Source of the DNA: an uncultured Enterobacteriaceae bacterium
GTDB lineage: Bacteria; Pseudomonadota; Gammaproteobacteria; Eutrophobiales; Eutrophobiaceae
Reading direction: 5' to 3'
DNA: 43,535 nucleotides
Assembly: GCA_964544965.1 (NCBI GenBank)
Contig: CAZJED010000003.1
Coordinates: 4,062 to 47,596, forward strand
Position 1 is the stretch's first letter, and the number at the start of each line of letters is the position of its first letter. Shown one piece after another: positions 11,620-22,830 of the stretch. Made by a program: the position numbers and the translations under genes. The notes beneath the pieces were generated by a model that was given only the letters and a program-made list of their open reading frames with translations, ran no database searches and was not told where the DNA came from.

Positions 11620-12156
11620 TTATTGGGCAATTACATTATTTAATTCTTTTAAGCGACCGCGCAGTGATGCATCAACTACAGAATCCCCAACGCGTATTAT
11701 TACACCACCAATCAAATCTTTATCTTCTTCGATGTTAATATTAATTTTGTTACCTGTGCGCTTGCTCAGAGACTCAGTTATTTCTTTTATTTGATTCTCA
11801 TCTAATGGATAAGCTGTGATTACATCGACCTCACTAACGCCTTCTGCAGCCGTAAGTTTCTGCTCGAATAAAACAGATATTTCTGGAGCCAAACTAATAC
11901 GTCCTGCATCAACACATATCCTGACAAAGTTTTTACCAGACTGGCTTAGCTTGTCATCGCATACATCGATAATGAATTGATATAGTTCATCGGCGCTTAT
12001 TTTTGGGCTGCCAATAACTCTTTGCATATCATTGTCATGAACAATCATACTAAGTAAATTTAGCATTGCCGACCATTCACTCAACTTATCTTCCTCTAAT
12101 GCATGTGAAAAAGCTGCTTCCGCATAAGGTCTTACAATTGTTGCTTTTTCTAACAT
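11620..12156 (-). CDS. atpH: F1 ATP synthase delta subunit
   Basis: 178 aa, OSCP/delta-like. It sits between atpF and atpA. Confidence 0.9.
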   Translation of the reverse strand: MLEKATIVRPYAEAAFSHALEEDKLSEWSAMLNLLSMIVHDNDMQRVIGSPKISADELYQFIIDVCDDKLSQSGKNFVRICVDAGRISLAPEISVLFEQKLTAAEGVSEVDVITAYPLDENQIKEITESLSKRTGNKININIEEDKDLIGGVIIRVGDSVVDASLRGRLKELNNVIAQ

Positions 12157-12183
12157 CTAGCGTGTTCTCTTCTCAGTTTACAC

Positions 12184-12654
12184 TCATAGTTTTTGACTAA
12201 TTTTAGTCAAAACTTCGTTATGCGCTGCTTGATCAACTTCCCGCATTAATATTTGCTCAGCACCAGTAATTGCTAATCCTGCAACTTGATTTCTCAGTTC
12301 TTGCCTTGTCTTCTCTTTTTCTTGTTCAATTTCACTTAATGCACTTTCCTTTATTCGCTCCCCCTCTTTTTTCGCAACTTCCCTTGCTTCTTCAACTATT
12401 TCATCCCCACGTTTTTGTGCTTGTGAAATAATTGTGGCTGCCTGCTCCTTACCCTTATTTATCTCAGTAACTGATTTTTCTTGTGCTTCTGCAAAATCTT
12501 TTTGTCCCTGCTCTGCCGCAGCTAAACCATCGGCAATGCGAGCTTGACGTTCCTCCATTCCTTTCAACAAAAGCGGCCATACAAATTTCATTGTAAACCA
12601 AATAAACATCACGAAAGCAATGCTCTGACCAATCAGGGTTGCATTAATATTCAT
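12184..12654 (-). CDS. atpF: Fo ATP synthase subunit b
   Basis: 156 aa with a single N-terminal TM segment and a long charged helix. Confidence 0.9.
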   Translation of the reverse strand: MNINATLIGQSIAFVMFIWFTMKFVWPLLLKGMEERQARIADGLAAAEQGQKDFAEAQEKSVTEINKGKEQAATIISQAQKRGDEIVEEAREVAKKEGERIKESALSEIEQEKEKTRQELRNQVAGLAITGAEQILMREVDQAAHNEVLTKISQKL

Positions 12655-12691
12655 AATTTAAATACCTTATATTAATTCTATATCTACAAAA

Positions 12692-12931
<240 letters not shown>

Positions 12932-12950
12932 CTACCACTCCTAAGTTTTA

Positions 12951-13859
<909 letters not shown>

Positions 13860-13866
13860 TTATTTA

Positions 13867-14289
13867 TTAATTTTTTATCAAAATTGATAATCCGATTAAA
13901 TTTACTAATAACACTATTCCATAAGTAAGAATCATCAACCCAGGATTTAACGTTTCAAAAAACAAAAAAGATAACGCGAAAAAAACTATTGTCGCAATAA
14001 CCTTAATTGCCTCGCTAACATAAAACCAAACCAAAATATTACTTGAATTTGTCGTCGATGTTTTAAATGAAAACTTAGCAAACATCGCATTTGGCAAAAT
14101 GTATGCAAAACCACCCAAAATTATAGAGTATGTAAATTCAAGATTGGTGAATATAAAAAAGACAATCCCAGCCAATACGACAATGAATGTCTCGAATAAC
14201 AACACCTTGTTAACAATAGCGCGATTTCTTATTATTTCTTCCATTCCTGTATTTCGCACTAACCCTAAATCATTTCTCACCAGATGCAA
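13867..14289 (-). CDS. atpI: ATP synthase protein I (AtpI)
   Basis: A small hydrophobic protein in first position of the atp operon. The start is uncertain. The longest ORF begins with TTG at 14289, and in-frame alternatives are GTG at 14280 or 14259 and ATG at 14244. Confidence 0.7.
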   Translation of the reverse strand: MHLVRNDLGLVRNTGMEEIIRNRAIVNKVLLFETFIVVLAGIVFFIFTNLEFTYSIILGGFAYILPNAMFAKFSFKTSTTNSSNILVWFYVSEAIKVIATIVFFALSFLFFETLNPGLMILTYGIVLLVNLIGLSILIKN

Positions 14290-14344
14290 CTAACCCAATA
14301 CATCGCTACATCTTTTCCCCTTTTGTTTGTCTAAGGGGGGAGAA

Positions 14345-14373
14345 AGTATAAATATCTACCATATAATGATCAA
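14345..14373 (-). promoter_or_regulatory. Candidate sigma-70 promoter for the atp operon (TTGATC-17-TATACT)
   Basis: Read on the minus strand in the parB-atpI spacer. This is a motif match only. Confidence 0.2.
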
Positions 14374-14393
14374 TGATTGCTGTGTTAATTTAT

Positions 14394-15263
14394 TTAATCT
14401 AATTTTTTGAGTATTCCTTCGAGCTCATCTAAGGAATTGTAGCCAATCTGCAATTTTCCCCTACCGGTTGACTGGTGAGTAATTGAGACTTTAGCAGCCA
14501 AACGTTGTGATAAATCGCTCTCCAATCTGGCAATATTTGGATCTTTTGAATCTTTTTTGGGTCTATTTTGCTGATTATTATCTAAAAACTGCCTAACCAA
14601 ATTCTCTGTCGCTCGCACCGAAAGCCCTTGTTTTACTATTCTCGATGCTGCTTCTAATTGCTTAGGTGAACTTAATGAAAGCAATGCTCTTGCGTGACCC
14701 ATATCCAGTCTGCCTGTTTCTACCATATTTTTAACTCTATCATCTAATTCTAGTAATCTTAATAAATTTGAGACTGCTGGGCGTGATCGTCCGACTGCCT
14801 CTGCAACTGCATCATGCGTCATTTCAAATTCATTGATTAAACGTTCAAGAGCACCTGCTTCTTCAAGTGGATTTAAATCTTGGCGCTGAATATTTTCAAT
14901 CAAAGCTAAGCACATCGCCTCATTATCCGAAACATCTTTAATAATTACGGGAATATCATGAAGACCGGCTATTTGTGCTGCACGCCATCTGCGCTCACCG
15001 GCCACTATTTCATATGAATTTTTGCCTTCTACAGGCCGCACTAGAATTGGCTGGACTAAACCTTGAGTTTTAATTGAATCAGCTAAGCTATCAAGAGAAT
15101 CTTGATCAAAATCACGTCTCGGTTGAAATGGCCCTCGTTTTATAAGATCGATTGCTAAGACTTTTAATGAACCACTCTCTGCAGAAGCTGCTGAGCTTAT
15201 ATTAGAACCCTCTCCTAAAAGAGCATCAAGGCCTTTACCTAATCCACGTTTTTTTGCATTCAT
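14394..15263 (-). CDS. parB: Chromosome partitioning protein ParB
   Basis: 289 aa with the ParB box GERRWRAA, an HTH region and an N-terminal KRGLGKGLDALL motif. Confidence 0.95.
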   Translation of the reverse strand: MNAKKRGLGKGLDALLGEGSNISSAASAESGSLKVLAIDLIKRGPFQPRRDFDQDSLDSLADSIKTQGLVQPILVRPVEGKNSYEIVAGERRWRAAQIAGLHDIPVIIKDVSDNEAMCLALIENIQRQDLNPLEEAGALERLINEFEMTHDAVAEAVGRSRPAVSNLLRLLELDDRVKNMVETGRLDMGHARALLSLSSPKQLEAASRIVKQGLSVRATENLVRQFLDNNQQNRPKKDSKDPNIARLESDLSQRLAAKVSITHQSTGRGKLQIGYNSLDELEGILKKLD

Positions 15264-15291
15264 ATTCTTTCTTGTAATTTGTTACTCAATA

Positions 15292-16065
15292 CTATGCAGC
15301 TATACCTTCCTTTCTTAATATTTCTCCAGCTAGAGCTAAATAAGCAACCGCACCACTTGAAGATTTATCGTATTTTAAAGCCGTTAAGCCATGACTTGGT
15401 GCTTCAGCTAATCTAACATTTCTAGGAATAATGGTTCGATATACTTTTTCGCCAAAATGATCGATCAATTGGGCAGATACTTGCGTTGCAAGATTATTTC
15501 TTGGGTCGTACATTGTCCTTAATAAACCTTCAATCTTAAGATCTGGGTTTAAATGTTTACGTATTTTTTCGATAGTTCCCAACAATCCCGTTAGCCCTTC
15601 TAACGCATAGTATTCACATTGCATTGGAATCATAACTGAATTTGCTGCAGCTAGTGCATTTACGGTTAACATATTTAAAGAAGGTGGGCAGTCTATGAGA
15701 ATGAAATCATAAACATCTTGTACCGTTTCGAGTGCGCTTCTCAATCTAACTTCCCTTGCAATTTCATCTAAAAGCGCAACTTCTGCGCCTGTTAAATCAG
15801 AATTGCTGGGGATTAAAGCATATTTTCCTTCAAGAGAATCTACAATAACCTCGCTGACAGACTTTTCATTCATCAATAAATCATAGCTTGAAATTTCAAG
15901 TTGTTGTTTATCAATGCCGCTACCCATTGTCGCATTGCCTTGAGGATCAAGATCTACTAATAAAACATGTCGTTTTGTCGCTGCCAATGATGCAGCGAGA
16001 TTCACGCTTGTTGTAGTCTTTCCTACGCCACCTTTTTGATTGGCAACTGCGATGATTTTTCCCAT
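15292..16065 (-). CDS. parA: Chromosome partitioning ATPase ParA/Soj
   Basis: 257 aa with the deviant Walker A NQKGGVGKTT. Confidence 0.95.
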   Translation of the reverse strand: MGKIIAVANQKGGVGKTTTSVNLAASLAATKRHVLLVDLDPQGNATMGSGIDKQQLEISSYDLLMNEKSVSEVIVDSLEGKYALIPSNSDLTGAEVALLDEIAREVRLRSALETVQDVYDFILIDCPPSLNMLTVNALAAANSVMIPMQCEYYALEGLTGLLGTIEKIRKHLNPDLKIEGLLRTMYDPRNNLATQVSAQLIDHFGEKVYRTIIPRNVRLAEAPSHGLTALKYDKSSSGAVAYLALAGEILRKEGIAA

Positions 16066-16144
16066 TTAATTACCATGAATCTAACACTAAAGTTGAGGGG
16101 CATACTCTACCATACTGAAACCGAACTGCCATTCGGAAACAATT

Positions 16145-16765
16145 TCAATTTACCTTCTGAATTTTAACCAATTTTGATTTTACTCCTGAATCTATTGGGG
16201 GCAGGTCAAGCAATTCAATTTGATAATTTGATTCAGATAACTCGCGAATTTCGTCTCCCGCTGTTTCTCCTTTTATAGCTAACAACTGATTGCCGGACGT
16301 AATTAGATGCTGCGTCTGGTCTATCAGGCGCTTCAATGGTGCAAAAGCACGGCAAACCAGTGTATCAAATTCCGTTTCGGGTCTATATAACTCGATACGT
16401 GATTGCACAATTTCAATGTTTGCTATACTAAGTTCATGTTTTATGTGGCGAAGAAACCTGATTTTTTTTTGAACGCTATCTAATAATACCCATTTTTTTT
16501 GTGGTTGAGACAACGCCAAAATTATCCCTGGAAGTCCTGCCCCAGTTCCAATATCCAGACAGTGCGCTCCTTTAATATATGGCAAAACAGATAAAGAATT
16601 AACAAGAGTGTCTGTAACCATTTGCCTTGGCTCTGTAATTGCAGTTAAGTTATAGGCTTTATTCCATTCGCTTAACAACTGAAGATATATCAAATATTTC
16701 TTACAAGGAAATTTTTCTGGAATAAATCCTGATTTTCTAAGCTCGCCCTCTAAAAGGTCTCGCAT
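16145..16765 (-). CDS. rsmG: 16S rRNA (guanine527-N7)-methyltransferase RsmG (GidB)
   Basis: 206 aa with the SAM motif LDIGTGAGLPGI. It sits between mnmG and parA. Confidence 0.9.
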   Translation of the reverse strand: MRDLLEGELRKSGFIPEKFPCKKYLIYLQLLSEWNKAYNLTAITEPRQMVTDTLVNSLSVLPYIKGAHCLDIGTGAGLPGIILALSQPQKKWVLLDSVQKKIRFLRHIKHELSIANIEIVQSRIELYRPETEFDTLVCRAFAPLKRLIDQTQHLITSGNQLLAIKGETAGDEIRELSESNYQIELLDLPPIDSGVKSKLVKIQKVN

Positions 16766-16781
16766 GAATATCTCTTATAGA

Positions 16782-18677
16782 TTATGCGGTTTTCTGAAAA
16801 AGCAATGATAGCTTTTTAAGATGAATACGTAATAAAGAAATTGCTGCTGGGGTTATTCCTTGAATACGAGAAGCCTGTCCTAAATTAACTGGGCGATGTT
16901 TAGAAAGTTTTTCAATTACTTCGCTGGACAAACCTTTTACTTTTGTATAATCGAAACCCTCAGGCATTGCTGTTTCTTCATATTGACGATTGCGTTCAAC
17001 TTCTTCTTCTTGGCGTTTGATATACCCTGAATACTTAGCGCTCACCTCAACTTGCTCCGCTACTTTTGGATCAATATCTTTGCTACCAATATTAGGTAAT
17101 TTTAGAATATCGTGATGACTGAAATCAGGGCGTTTTAATAACTCCAGAAGATTTACATCCTTTCGGATTTTTTGACCAAGTAATTTTTCAATAACTTCAC
17201 TCGGAAATAACTTAGAACCTATCCATATGTTAGCTAAACGTTCTGACTCCTTTTCAATAGCATCGCGTTTTTCATTAAATAATCTCCAGCGTTTTTCATC
17301 GACCAAACCCATTCGATTTGCATGTTCTGTTAAACGAAGATCGGCATTATCTTCACGTAACATCAAACGATATTCTGCGCGACTAGTAAACATTCTATAA
17401 GGCTCGGTTGCCCCCATTGTAATTAAGTCGTCTACTAATACGCCAAGATAAGCTTCGTCTCTGCGAGGGTACCAAGGCTCTTGTTCATTATTTCTGAGCC
17501 CCGCATTTAATCCAGCCAATAATCCTTGTGATGCAGCTTCCTCATAACCTGTTGTACCATTTATTTGACCAGCAAAAAAAAGTCCTTTAATAAATTTAGT
17601 TTCGAGCCATGGATATAAATCTCTAGGATCAAAAAAATCATATTCAATAGCATAACCAGGACGTGTTATGTGTGAATTTTCAAATCCCTTAATTGAACGC
17701 AGCAACTTCAGTTGTATATCATAGGGTAGTGATGTTGAAATACCGTTTGGATAAACTTCACCTGTATTCAATCCTTCTGGCTCTATAAAAATTTGATGTG
17801 AATTTTTGTCGGCAAAACGAACAACTTTATCTTCTATAGAAGGGCAATACCGTGGACCAATACTTTCAATGTTACCATTAAACATAGGCGAACGTTCTAA
17901 TGAACTACGAATAATCTCATGAGTTGATTCATTTGTATAAGTTATATGGCAAGGTATTTGTTTTGGATGCTCATTTTCATTTCCAATAAAAGAAAATACT
18001 GGAACAGGTTTATCCCCAAATTGAACATCGCATTTTTCGTAATCAATGGTAGCCCCATCAATTCGTGGAGGGGTTCCTGTTTTTAATCTGCCAACATTAA
18101 ACGGTAATTCCCTTAAACGATTAGCTAAGGCAATCGATGGTTTTTCACCAGCTCTTCCACCCTGATGTTGATCATCACCAATAAAAATTTTTCCTCCTAG
18201 AAATGTACCTACTGTCAAAATAACAGATGAGGAAAAAAACCTTACTCCAATTTTAGTAACAACTCCTTTGACTTGCTCTCCTTCAATTAATAAATCATCA
18301 ACGGGTTGCTGAAATATAAATAAGTTCTTTTGTTGCTCTAGTGCGGGACGAACCACCTTTTTATAAAGAGAGCGATCAATTTGTGCTCGTGTTGCACGAA
18401 CTGCAGGGCCTTTACTCGAATTAAGAAGACGAAACTGTATGCCACTTAAATCCGCAGCATGAGCCATTAAGCCACCCATAGCATCGATTTCCTTAACTAA
18501 ATGACCTTTCCCAATACCGCCAATTGCTGGGTTACAAGACATCTGTCCCAAGGTATCAATACTATCTGTCAGTAAAAGTGTTCTTGCGCCCATACGCGAC
18601 GCTGCTAGTGCAGCCTCTGTCCCAGCATGACCACCCCCAACAACAATAACATCAAATATTTCAGATTGATTAGTCAT
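16782..18677 (-). CDS. mnmG: tRNA uridine 5-carboxymethylaminomethyl modification enzyme MnmG (GidA)
   Basis: FAD motif [16 protein letters not shown] trimmed the start to the ATG at 18677 ([16 protein letters not shown]). The track's 10-codon extension begins with TTG at 18707. Confidence 0.95.
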   Translation of the reverse strand: MTNQSEIFDVIVVGGGHAGTEAALAASRMGARTLLLTDSIDTLGQMSCNPAIGGIGKGHLVKEIDAMGGLMAHAADLSGIQFRLLNSSKGPAVRATRAQIDRSLYKKVVRPALEQQKNLFIFQQPVDDLLIEGEQVKGVVTKIGVRFFSSSVILTVGTFLGGKIFIGDDQHQGGRAGEKPSIALANRLRELPFNVGRLKTGTPPRIDGATIDYEKCDVQFGDKPVPVFSFIGNENEHPKQIPCHITYTNESTHEIIRSSLERSPMFNGNIESIGPRYCPSIEDKVVRFADKNSHQIFIEPEGLNTGEVYPNGISTSLPYDIQLKLLRSIKGFENSHITRPGYAIEYDFFDPRDLYPWLETKFIKGLFFAGQINGTTGYEEAASQGLLAGLNAGLRNNEQEPWYPRRDEAYLGVLVDDLITMGATEPYRMFTSRAEYRLMLREDNADLRLTEHANRMGLVDEKRWRLFNEKRDAIEKESERLANIWIGSKLFPSEVIEKLLGQKIRKDVNLLELLKRPDFSHHDILKLPNIGSKDIDPKVAEQVEVSAKYSGYIKRQEEEVERNRQYEETAMPEGFDYTKVKGLSSEVIEKLSKHRPVNLGQASRIQGITPAAISLLRIHLKKLSLLFQKTA

Positions 18678-18853
18678 AACGCGACATATTCTAACTATTA
18701 CGTACAAGAATGTAAGTGAAAATCATTGATTCTAAAAAAAATTTCTGAGTAAATCAGAATAAAATTATTTAATTTGAATTATAATGCTTGGTCAGACTGT
18801 ATTAAAAAGATGAAATGCCTGTAAATACAAATTAATTAAACCATCATAAAATT

Positions 18854-20266
18854 ATGAATAAAGATTTGGCAATTTCATTCACTAATCAAGAATGGGAGAA
18901 CTCAATAATCCCAGAATTAGTAAAGTATATTCGCGTCCCAAATAAATCTCCTGCATTTGATCCAAATTGGCAAGCTAATGGCTACATGGAAGAAGTTGTG
19001 GAACAATTTGTCAGTTGGAGTAAACGCCAAAATATTGAGGGAATGAAACTTGATGTAGTCCGCTTACCCGAACGTACACCTCTCATATACATTGACATAC
19101 CAGGTGATATTAAAAACACCGTGCTTTTGTATGGTCATCTAGATAAACAACCGGAAATGATGGGATGGAAAGAAGGATTTGGACCTTGGGAGCCGGTACT
19201 TAAAGATAACAAACTTTATGGACGCGGAGGTGCAGATGATGGTTATGCATTATTTACTTCTTTATTAGCAATTAAAATATTGCGTGAGCAAAATATTCCT
19301 CATGCGCGTTGTGTTGTAATTATTGAGGCATGCGAAGAAAGTGGTAGCTACGATCTTCCATTCTATATTGAACATCTTAACGGTCGTCTTGGTAAACCAG
19401 AGTTGGTGATTTGTTTGGATTCAGGGTGTGGCAATTATGAACAACTCTGGTCTACTACATCACTGCGTGGACTAGTAGGAGGAGAGTTAAAAGTAGAAGT
19501 GCTTAACGAAGGCATTCATTCTGGTGATATTAGCGGTATCATTCCTTCCAGTTTTAGAATACTGAGGCAATTACTCGACCGTATTGAAGACCCAATTTCC
19601 GGAAAGATACTCGAAGAAGATTTTTATGTGGATATACCAAACAAACGTATTCAACAAGCAAAACATGCGGCTAATGTACTAGATAAGAATGTTTATGAAC
19701 GCTTTCCAATGAAAGAAAATATAAAACCCGTTACAAATAGCCTAGTTGAACTTATTCTTAATCGTAGCTGGCGACCTGCTTTATCATATCTTGGCGCAGA
19801 TGGTTTACCTAAAATTAATGATGCTGGAAATGTACTTCGACCTTTCACATCAATTAAATTATCAATGCGTTTACCGCCTACGTGTAGTTCCAAACATGTT
19901 AGTAAAAAACTTAAAGAACTTTTATTAAATAACCCTCCAAATAATGCAAAAATTTCTTTTAAGATTGATTGGTCTGTTGATGGCTGGATGGCGCCCGAAA
20001 TATCTCCCTGGTTAGAAAAAGCAATAAATGAAGCATCAGAAAATTATTTTAATAAGCCCGCTGTTCATATGGGTGAAGGTTGGTCAATCCCTTTCATGGG
20101 GATGTTGGGAGAGAAATTTCCTGAGGCACAATTTTTAATCACTGGTGTACTCGGGCCTAGTTCTAATGCACACGGCCCGAATGAATTCTTACATATACCG
20201 GCTGCAAAAAAAATTACGTGCTGTATAGCTGAAATTATTGCCGAACATTATCAAACATATCAATAA
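18854..20266 (+). CDS. M20 family metallopeptidase (dipeptidase-like)
   Basis: 470 aa with metal-ligand contexts LYGHLDKQP, GRGGADDGY and EACEESGS. The layout resembles CNDP/Dug1-type M20 dipeptidases. Substrate unknown. Confidence 0.8.
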   Translation: MNKDLAISFTNQEWENSIIPELVKYIRVPNKSPAFDPNWQANGYMEEVVEQFVSWSKRQNIEGMKLDVVRLPERTPLIYIDIPGDIKNTVLLYGHLDKQPEMMGWKEGFGPWEPVLKDNKLYGRGGADDGYALFTSLLAIKILREQNIPHARCVVIIEACEESGSYDLPFYIEHLNGRLGKPELVICLDSGCGNYEQLWSTTSLRGLVGGELKVEVLNEGIHSGDISGIIPSSFRILRQLLDRIEDPISGKILEEDFYVDIPNKRIQQAKHAANVLDKNVYERFPMKENIKPVTNSLVELILNRSWRPALSYLGADGLPKINDAGNVLRPFTSIKLSMRLPPTCSSKHVSKKLKELLLNNPPNNAKISFKIDWSVDGWMAPEISPWLEKAINEASENYFNKPAVHMGEGWSIPFMGMLGEKFPEAQFLITGVLGPSSNAHGPNEFLHIPAAKKITCCIAEIIAEHYQTYQ

Positions 20267-20301
20267 TTCTACTGTAACAAAAAAATTAGAGGTAAAAAAA
20301 A

Positions 20302-21168
20302 ATGAAAGTTGGTTTTATCGGACTTGGTGCAATGGGTATGCATATGGCAAGAAATCTTGCTAAGGCTAATTTGTTAGATACAGTTTTTAATCGAACCATA
20401 TCTAAAACAGAATCTATAAAAAAAGAATTTACTTGTTCAGTGTCAACTTCGCCTATTGAATTAGCAAAACAGTGTGAAGTTATTATTATTAGTGTTTCAC
20501 GTGATGCTGATGTCTTAGAAATAGTTCACGACATAAAGACTGAAATAAAGAAAAATAGCATTGTTATTGATACATCAACTGTAAGCTCAGATACAGCAAA
20601 AAAAGCGGCAAGTTTATTAAGTGAGGTAAATTGTAATTTTCTAGATTGTCCCGTATCTGGTGGTGTTGAAGGTGCAAGAAATGCAACATTGGCTATGATG
20701 GTGGGCGGCGATGAGAAAGTTCTAGATAAAGTTAAATCCACTTTAAATTCGATTGCAAAAAATATTATTTATATTGGGGAAAATGGTTCCGGACAAGCAA
20801 CTAAAGCAGTCAATCAAATTATGGCAGCCGGTATAAATCAAGCCGTTACTGAGGCATTGGCATTTGGGGAAGCAATGGATTTGCCCATGAATAAAGTTAT
20901 AGAAATTGTCTCTACAGGTGCTGCTAGTAACTGGTTTCTCGATCATCGAGGTAAAACAATGCTATCGGGAGAATTTGAGCCCGGCTTTAAACTAAGCCTG
21001 CACCATAAAGACCTCTCAATTTGCCAATCTATGATGAGCTCTCTAAATAAAAATGTATTCCCAATTACTGAAATGACATTGGCTGATTACCAACGACTAA
21101 TAGATGAAGGTCATGGAAATGACGATATTTCAGCCCTATTTCGTTTAAAAAAGAAAAATCTGAGCTAG
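20302..21168 (+). CDS. NAD(P)-dependent beta-hydroxyacid dehydrogenase (3-hydroxyisobutyrate dehydrogenase family)
   Basis: 288 aa with the Rossmann motif MKVGFIGLGAMGMHMARNL, DCPVSGG, and the catalytic Lys context GSGQATKAVNQ. Confidence 0.8.
   Translation: MKVGFIGLGAMGMHMARNLAKANLLDTVFNRTISKTESIKKEFTCSVSTSPIELAKQCEVIIISVSRDADVLEIVHDIKTEIKKNSIVIDTSTVSSDTAKKAASLLSEVNCNFLDCPVSGGVEGARNATLAMMVGGDEKVLDKVKSTLNSIAKNIIYIGENGSGQATKAVNQIMAAGINQAVTEALAFGEAMDLPMNKVIEIVSTGAASNWFLDHRGKTMLSGEFEPGFKLSLHHKDLSICQSMMSSLNKNVFPITEMTLADYQRLIDEGHGNDDISALFRLKKKNLS
20493..20508. other. parS-like sequence TGTTTCACGTGATGCT (12 of 16 to TGTTTCACGTGAAACA)
   Basis: The first 12 nt match the gammaproteobacterial/Firmicute parS consensus exactly, and the last 4 do not match. 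It lies inside the dehydrogenase CDS, about 4.4 kb from the parA start. Confidence 0.3.
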
Positions 21169-21358
21169 TTAAACCTTTCCGGCGATAAATTTGAACTGAT
21201 ATTACTGTTTTAAGTCTATATAAAAAATTGACGTCGTAATTTTTTTGTGCAAAATAGTGCGCTCGTAAATCCTAAGGTGTAATTACAAACACACCCATGA
21301 TTTATAAATAACTAATACATTTAATAATAAATATTTTAAATCTACTTAATAAAAACTA

Positions 21359-22090
21359 ATGTCACATGCGATCAAAATAAAGTCGTTGTCAAAATCCTTT
21401 GGCCCAATTGATGCTGTGCGTAATATTTCATTTAATGTTGGTTATGGCGAAGTTCTCGGTTTTCTAGGACCAAATGGTGCGGGCAAATCAACGACAATGA
21501 AAATGATCACTGGCTTTCTTGGGCCTACAAGTGGCACAGTTGAAGTTAATGGTCATGATGTTCTAGAAGACCCTTTATCTGTGAAACGTTCAATTGGTTA
21601 TCTCCCAGAGGGTGCACCAGCTTATGGCGAAATGACGGTTAGAAACTTTCTTAATTTTATTGCTGACATTCGTGAATTAAGTAGTTCAGTACGTAAAGAA
21701 CGTCTTGATGAAGTTATCGAAACAATTAATATCAAAACGGTTATTGACCAAAGTATAGAAACTTTGTCTAAAGGTTATAAACGACGAGTCGGTTTAGCGC
21801 AAGCAATACTACATGACCCAAACATATTAATTATGGATGAGCCTACAGATGGATTAGACCCTAATCAGAAACATGAAGTTAGAAATCTGATAAAAAAAAT
21901 GGCAAAGAAAAAGGCGATCATCATATCAACTCATATTCTTGAAGAAGTTGATGCAGTATGTTCACGTGCCATTATTATTTCTTCTGGCAAATTACTTTTT
22001 GATGGAACCCCAGAGCAACTCATAACTAAATCAGATCAAAAAAATATTGATCATGCTTTTCGTAATATAACAATGTCAAATCCTACGTAA
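21359..22090 (+). CDS. ABC transporter ATP-binding protein (GldA-like, ABC-2 type)
   Basis: 243 aa with Walker A GPNGAGKST, signature LSKGYKRR, Walker B ILIMDEPTDGLD and H-loop STHILEE. Confidence 0.9.
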   Translation: MSHAIKIKSLSKSFGPIDAVRNISFNVGYGEVLGFLGPNGAGKSTTMKMITGFLGPTSGTVEVNGHDVLEDPLSVKRSIGYLPEGAPAYGEMTVRNFLNFIADIRELSSSVRKERLDEVIETINIKTVIDQSIETLSKGYKRRVGLAQAILHDPNILIMDEPTDGLDPNQKHEVRNLIKKMAKKKAIIISTHILEEVDAVCSRAIIISSGKLLFDGTPEQLITKSDQKNIDHAFRNITMSNPT

Positions 22091-22092
22091 TC

Positions 22093-22827
22093 ATGAACGG
22101 AATACTTTCAATATATAAACGTGAATTTACTAGTTACTTTGTAACTCCGGTTGCATATGTTTTTATCGTAATATTTCTATTTATGACTGGTGTATTTACT
22201 TTCTATCTGGGAGCTTTCTATGAAAGTAATCAGGCCGATTTAGAGCCCTTTTTCCGGTTCCATCCTTGGTTATATTTATTTTTAATTCCAGCTATATCAA
22301 TGCGTCTTTGGTCAGATGAAAGAAAAAGTGGAACGATTGAATTGTTAATGACTTTGCCAGTATCAATTACTGATACGGTAGTTGCCAAATATCTAGCCGC
22401 TTGGAGTTTTACTGGTATTGCGCTTAGTTTAACTTTTCCAATGTGGGTTACGGTTAATTATCTTGGTAATCCTGATAATACTGTAATCTTGGCAAGTTAT
22501 ATTGGTAGTTTAATTATGGCAGGTGGTTTTCTTGCAATTGGTTCTTGTATTTCTGCTTTAACTAAAAGTCAGGTTATTGCTTTTGTCATAAGCGTTGTAA
22601 TCTGTTTCATGTTTATATTAAGTGGTTTTCCCATGGTATTAGATTTATTTGAAGGCTGGGCACCACAAGCTGTTGTTGATGCAATCGCGTCCTTTAGTTT
22701 CCTTACCCACTTTACATCTATCAAAAAAGGTGTGATTGATATACGTGATGTTATTTATTTTGTTGCATTAATAACGTTCTGGCTGTACGTCAACATTGTC
22801 ATTATTGAAAACAAGAAGGCGAATTAA
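22093..22827 (+). CDS. ABC-2 family permease (GldF-like)
   Basis: 244 aa polytopic protein. It starts 2 nt after the ATPase stop. Confidence 0.8.
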   Translation: MNGILSIYKREFTSYFVTPVAYVFIVIFLFMTGVFTFYLGAFYESNQADLEPFFRFHPWLYLFLIPAISMRLWSDERKSGTIELLMTLPVSITDTVVAKYLAAWSFTGIALSLTFPMWVTVNYLGNPDNTVILASYIGSLIMAGGFLAIGSCISALTKSQVIAFVISVVICFMFILSGFPMVLDLFEGWAPQAVVDAIASFSFLTHFTSIKKGVIDIRDVIYFVALITFWLYVNIVIIENKKAN

Positions 22828-22830
22828 GTA

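Noticed and set aside
14092-14107. Sigma-54-like TGGCAA-N5-ATGCA on the plus strand
   Set aside because: It lies inside atpI and antisense to it, with no gene to drive and no enhancer. I take it as a chance match. It is kept as a warning about the specificity of the two gln-locus promoter calls.
14316-14339. Hairpin CCCCTT-N10-AAGGGG between parB and atpI as a parB terminator
   Set aside because: No U-tract follows it on the minus strand. It is more likely part of the atp leader or fortuitous.
18742-18760. Inverted repeat ATTCTGA-GTAAA-TCAGAAT in the mnmG / M20-peptidase spacer
   Set aside because: The 7-bp AT-rich arms are within chance expectation, and no associated regulator or T-tract is present.
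18708-18853. Possible oriC next to mnmG (gidA), as in E. coli
   Set aside because: The spacer is only 146 nt. It has no TTATCCACA-like DnaA boxes, no GATC cluster and no AT-rich 13-mer array. The single 8/9 DnaA-box match in the window (CTATCCACA, about 33993-34001) is isolated inside the DUF4124 gene and is expected by chance.
20345-20360. TGGCAAGAAATCTTGC, another sigma-54-like string
   Set aside because: The GG-to-GC spacing is 11 rather than 10, and it lies 44 nt inside the dehydrogenase CDS.
21242-21254. 13-mer TTTTTGTGCAAAA upstream of the ABC operon, identical to the left arm region of the glnA palindrome (36088-36100)
   Set aside because: There is no matching second half-site (it continues TAGTGCGC). 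I found no -24/-12 element between it and the ABC start codon. The T- and A-runs make a shared 13-mer less surprising in this composition.
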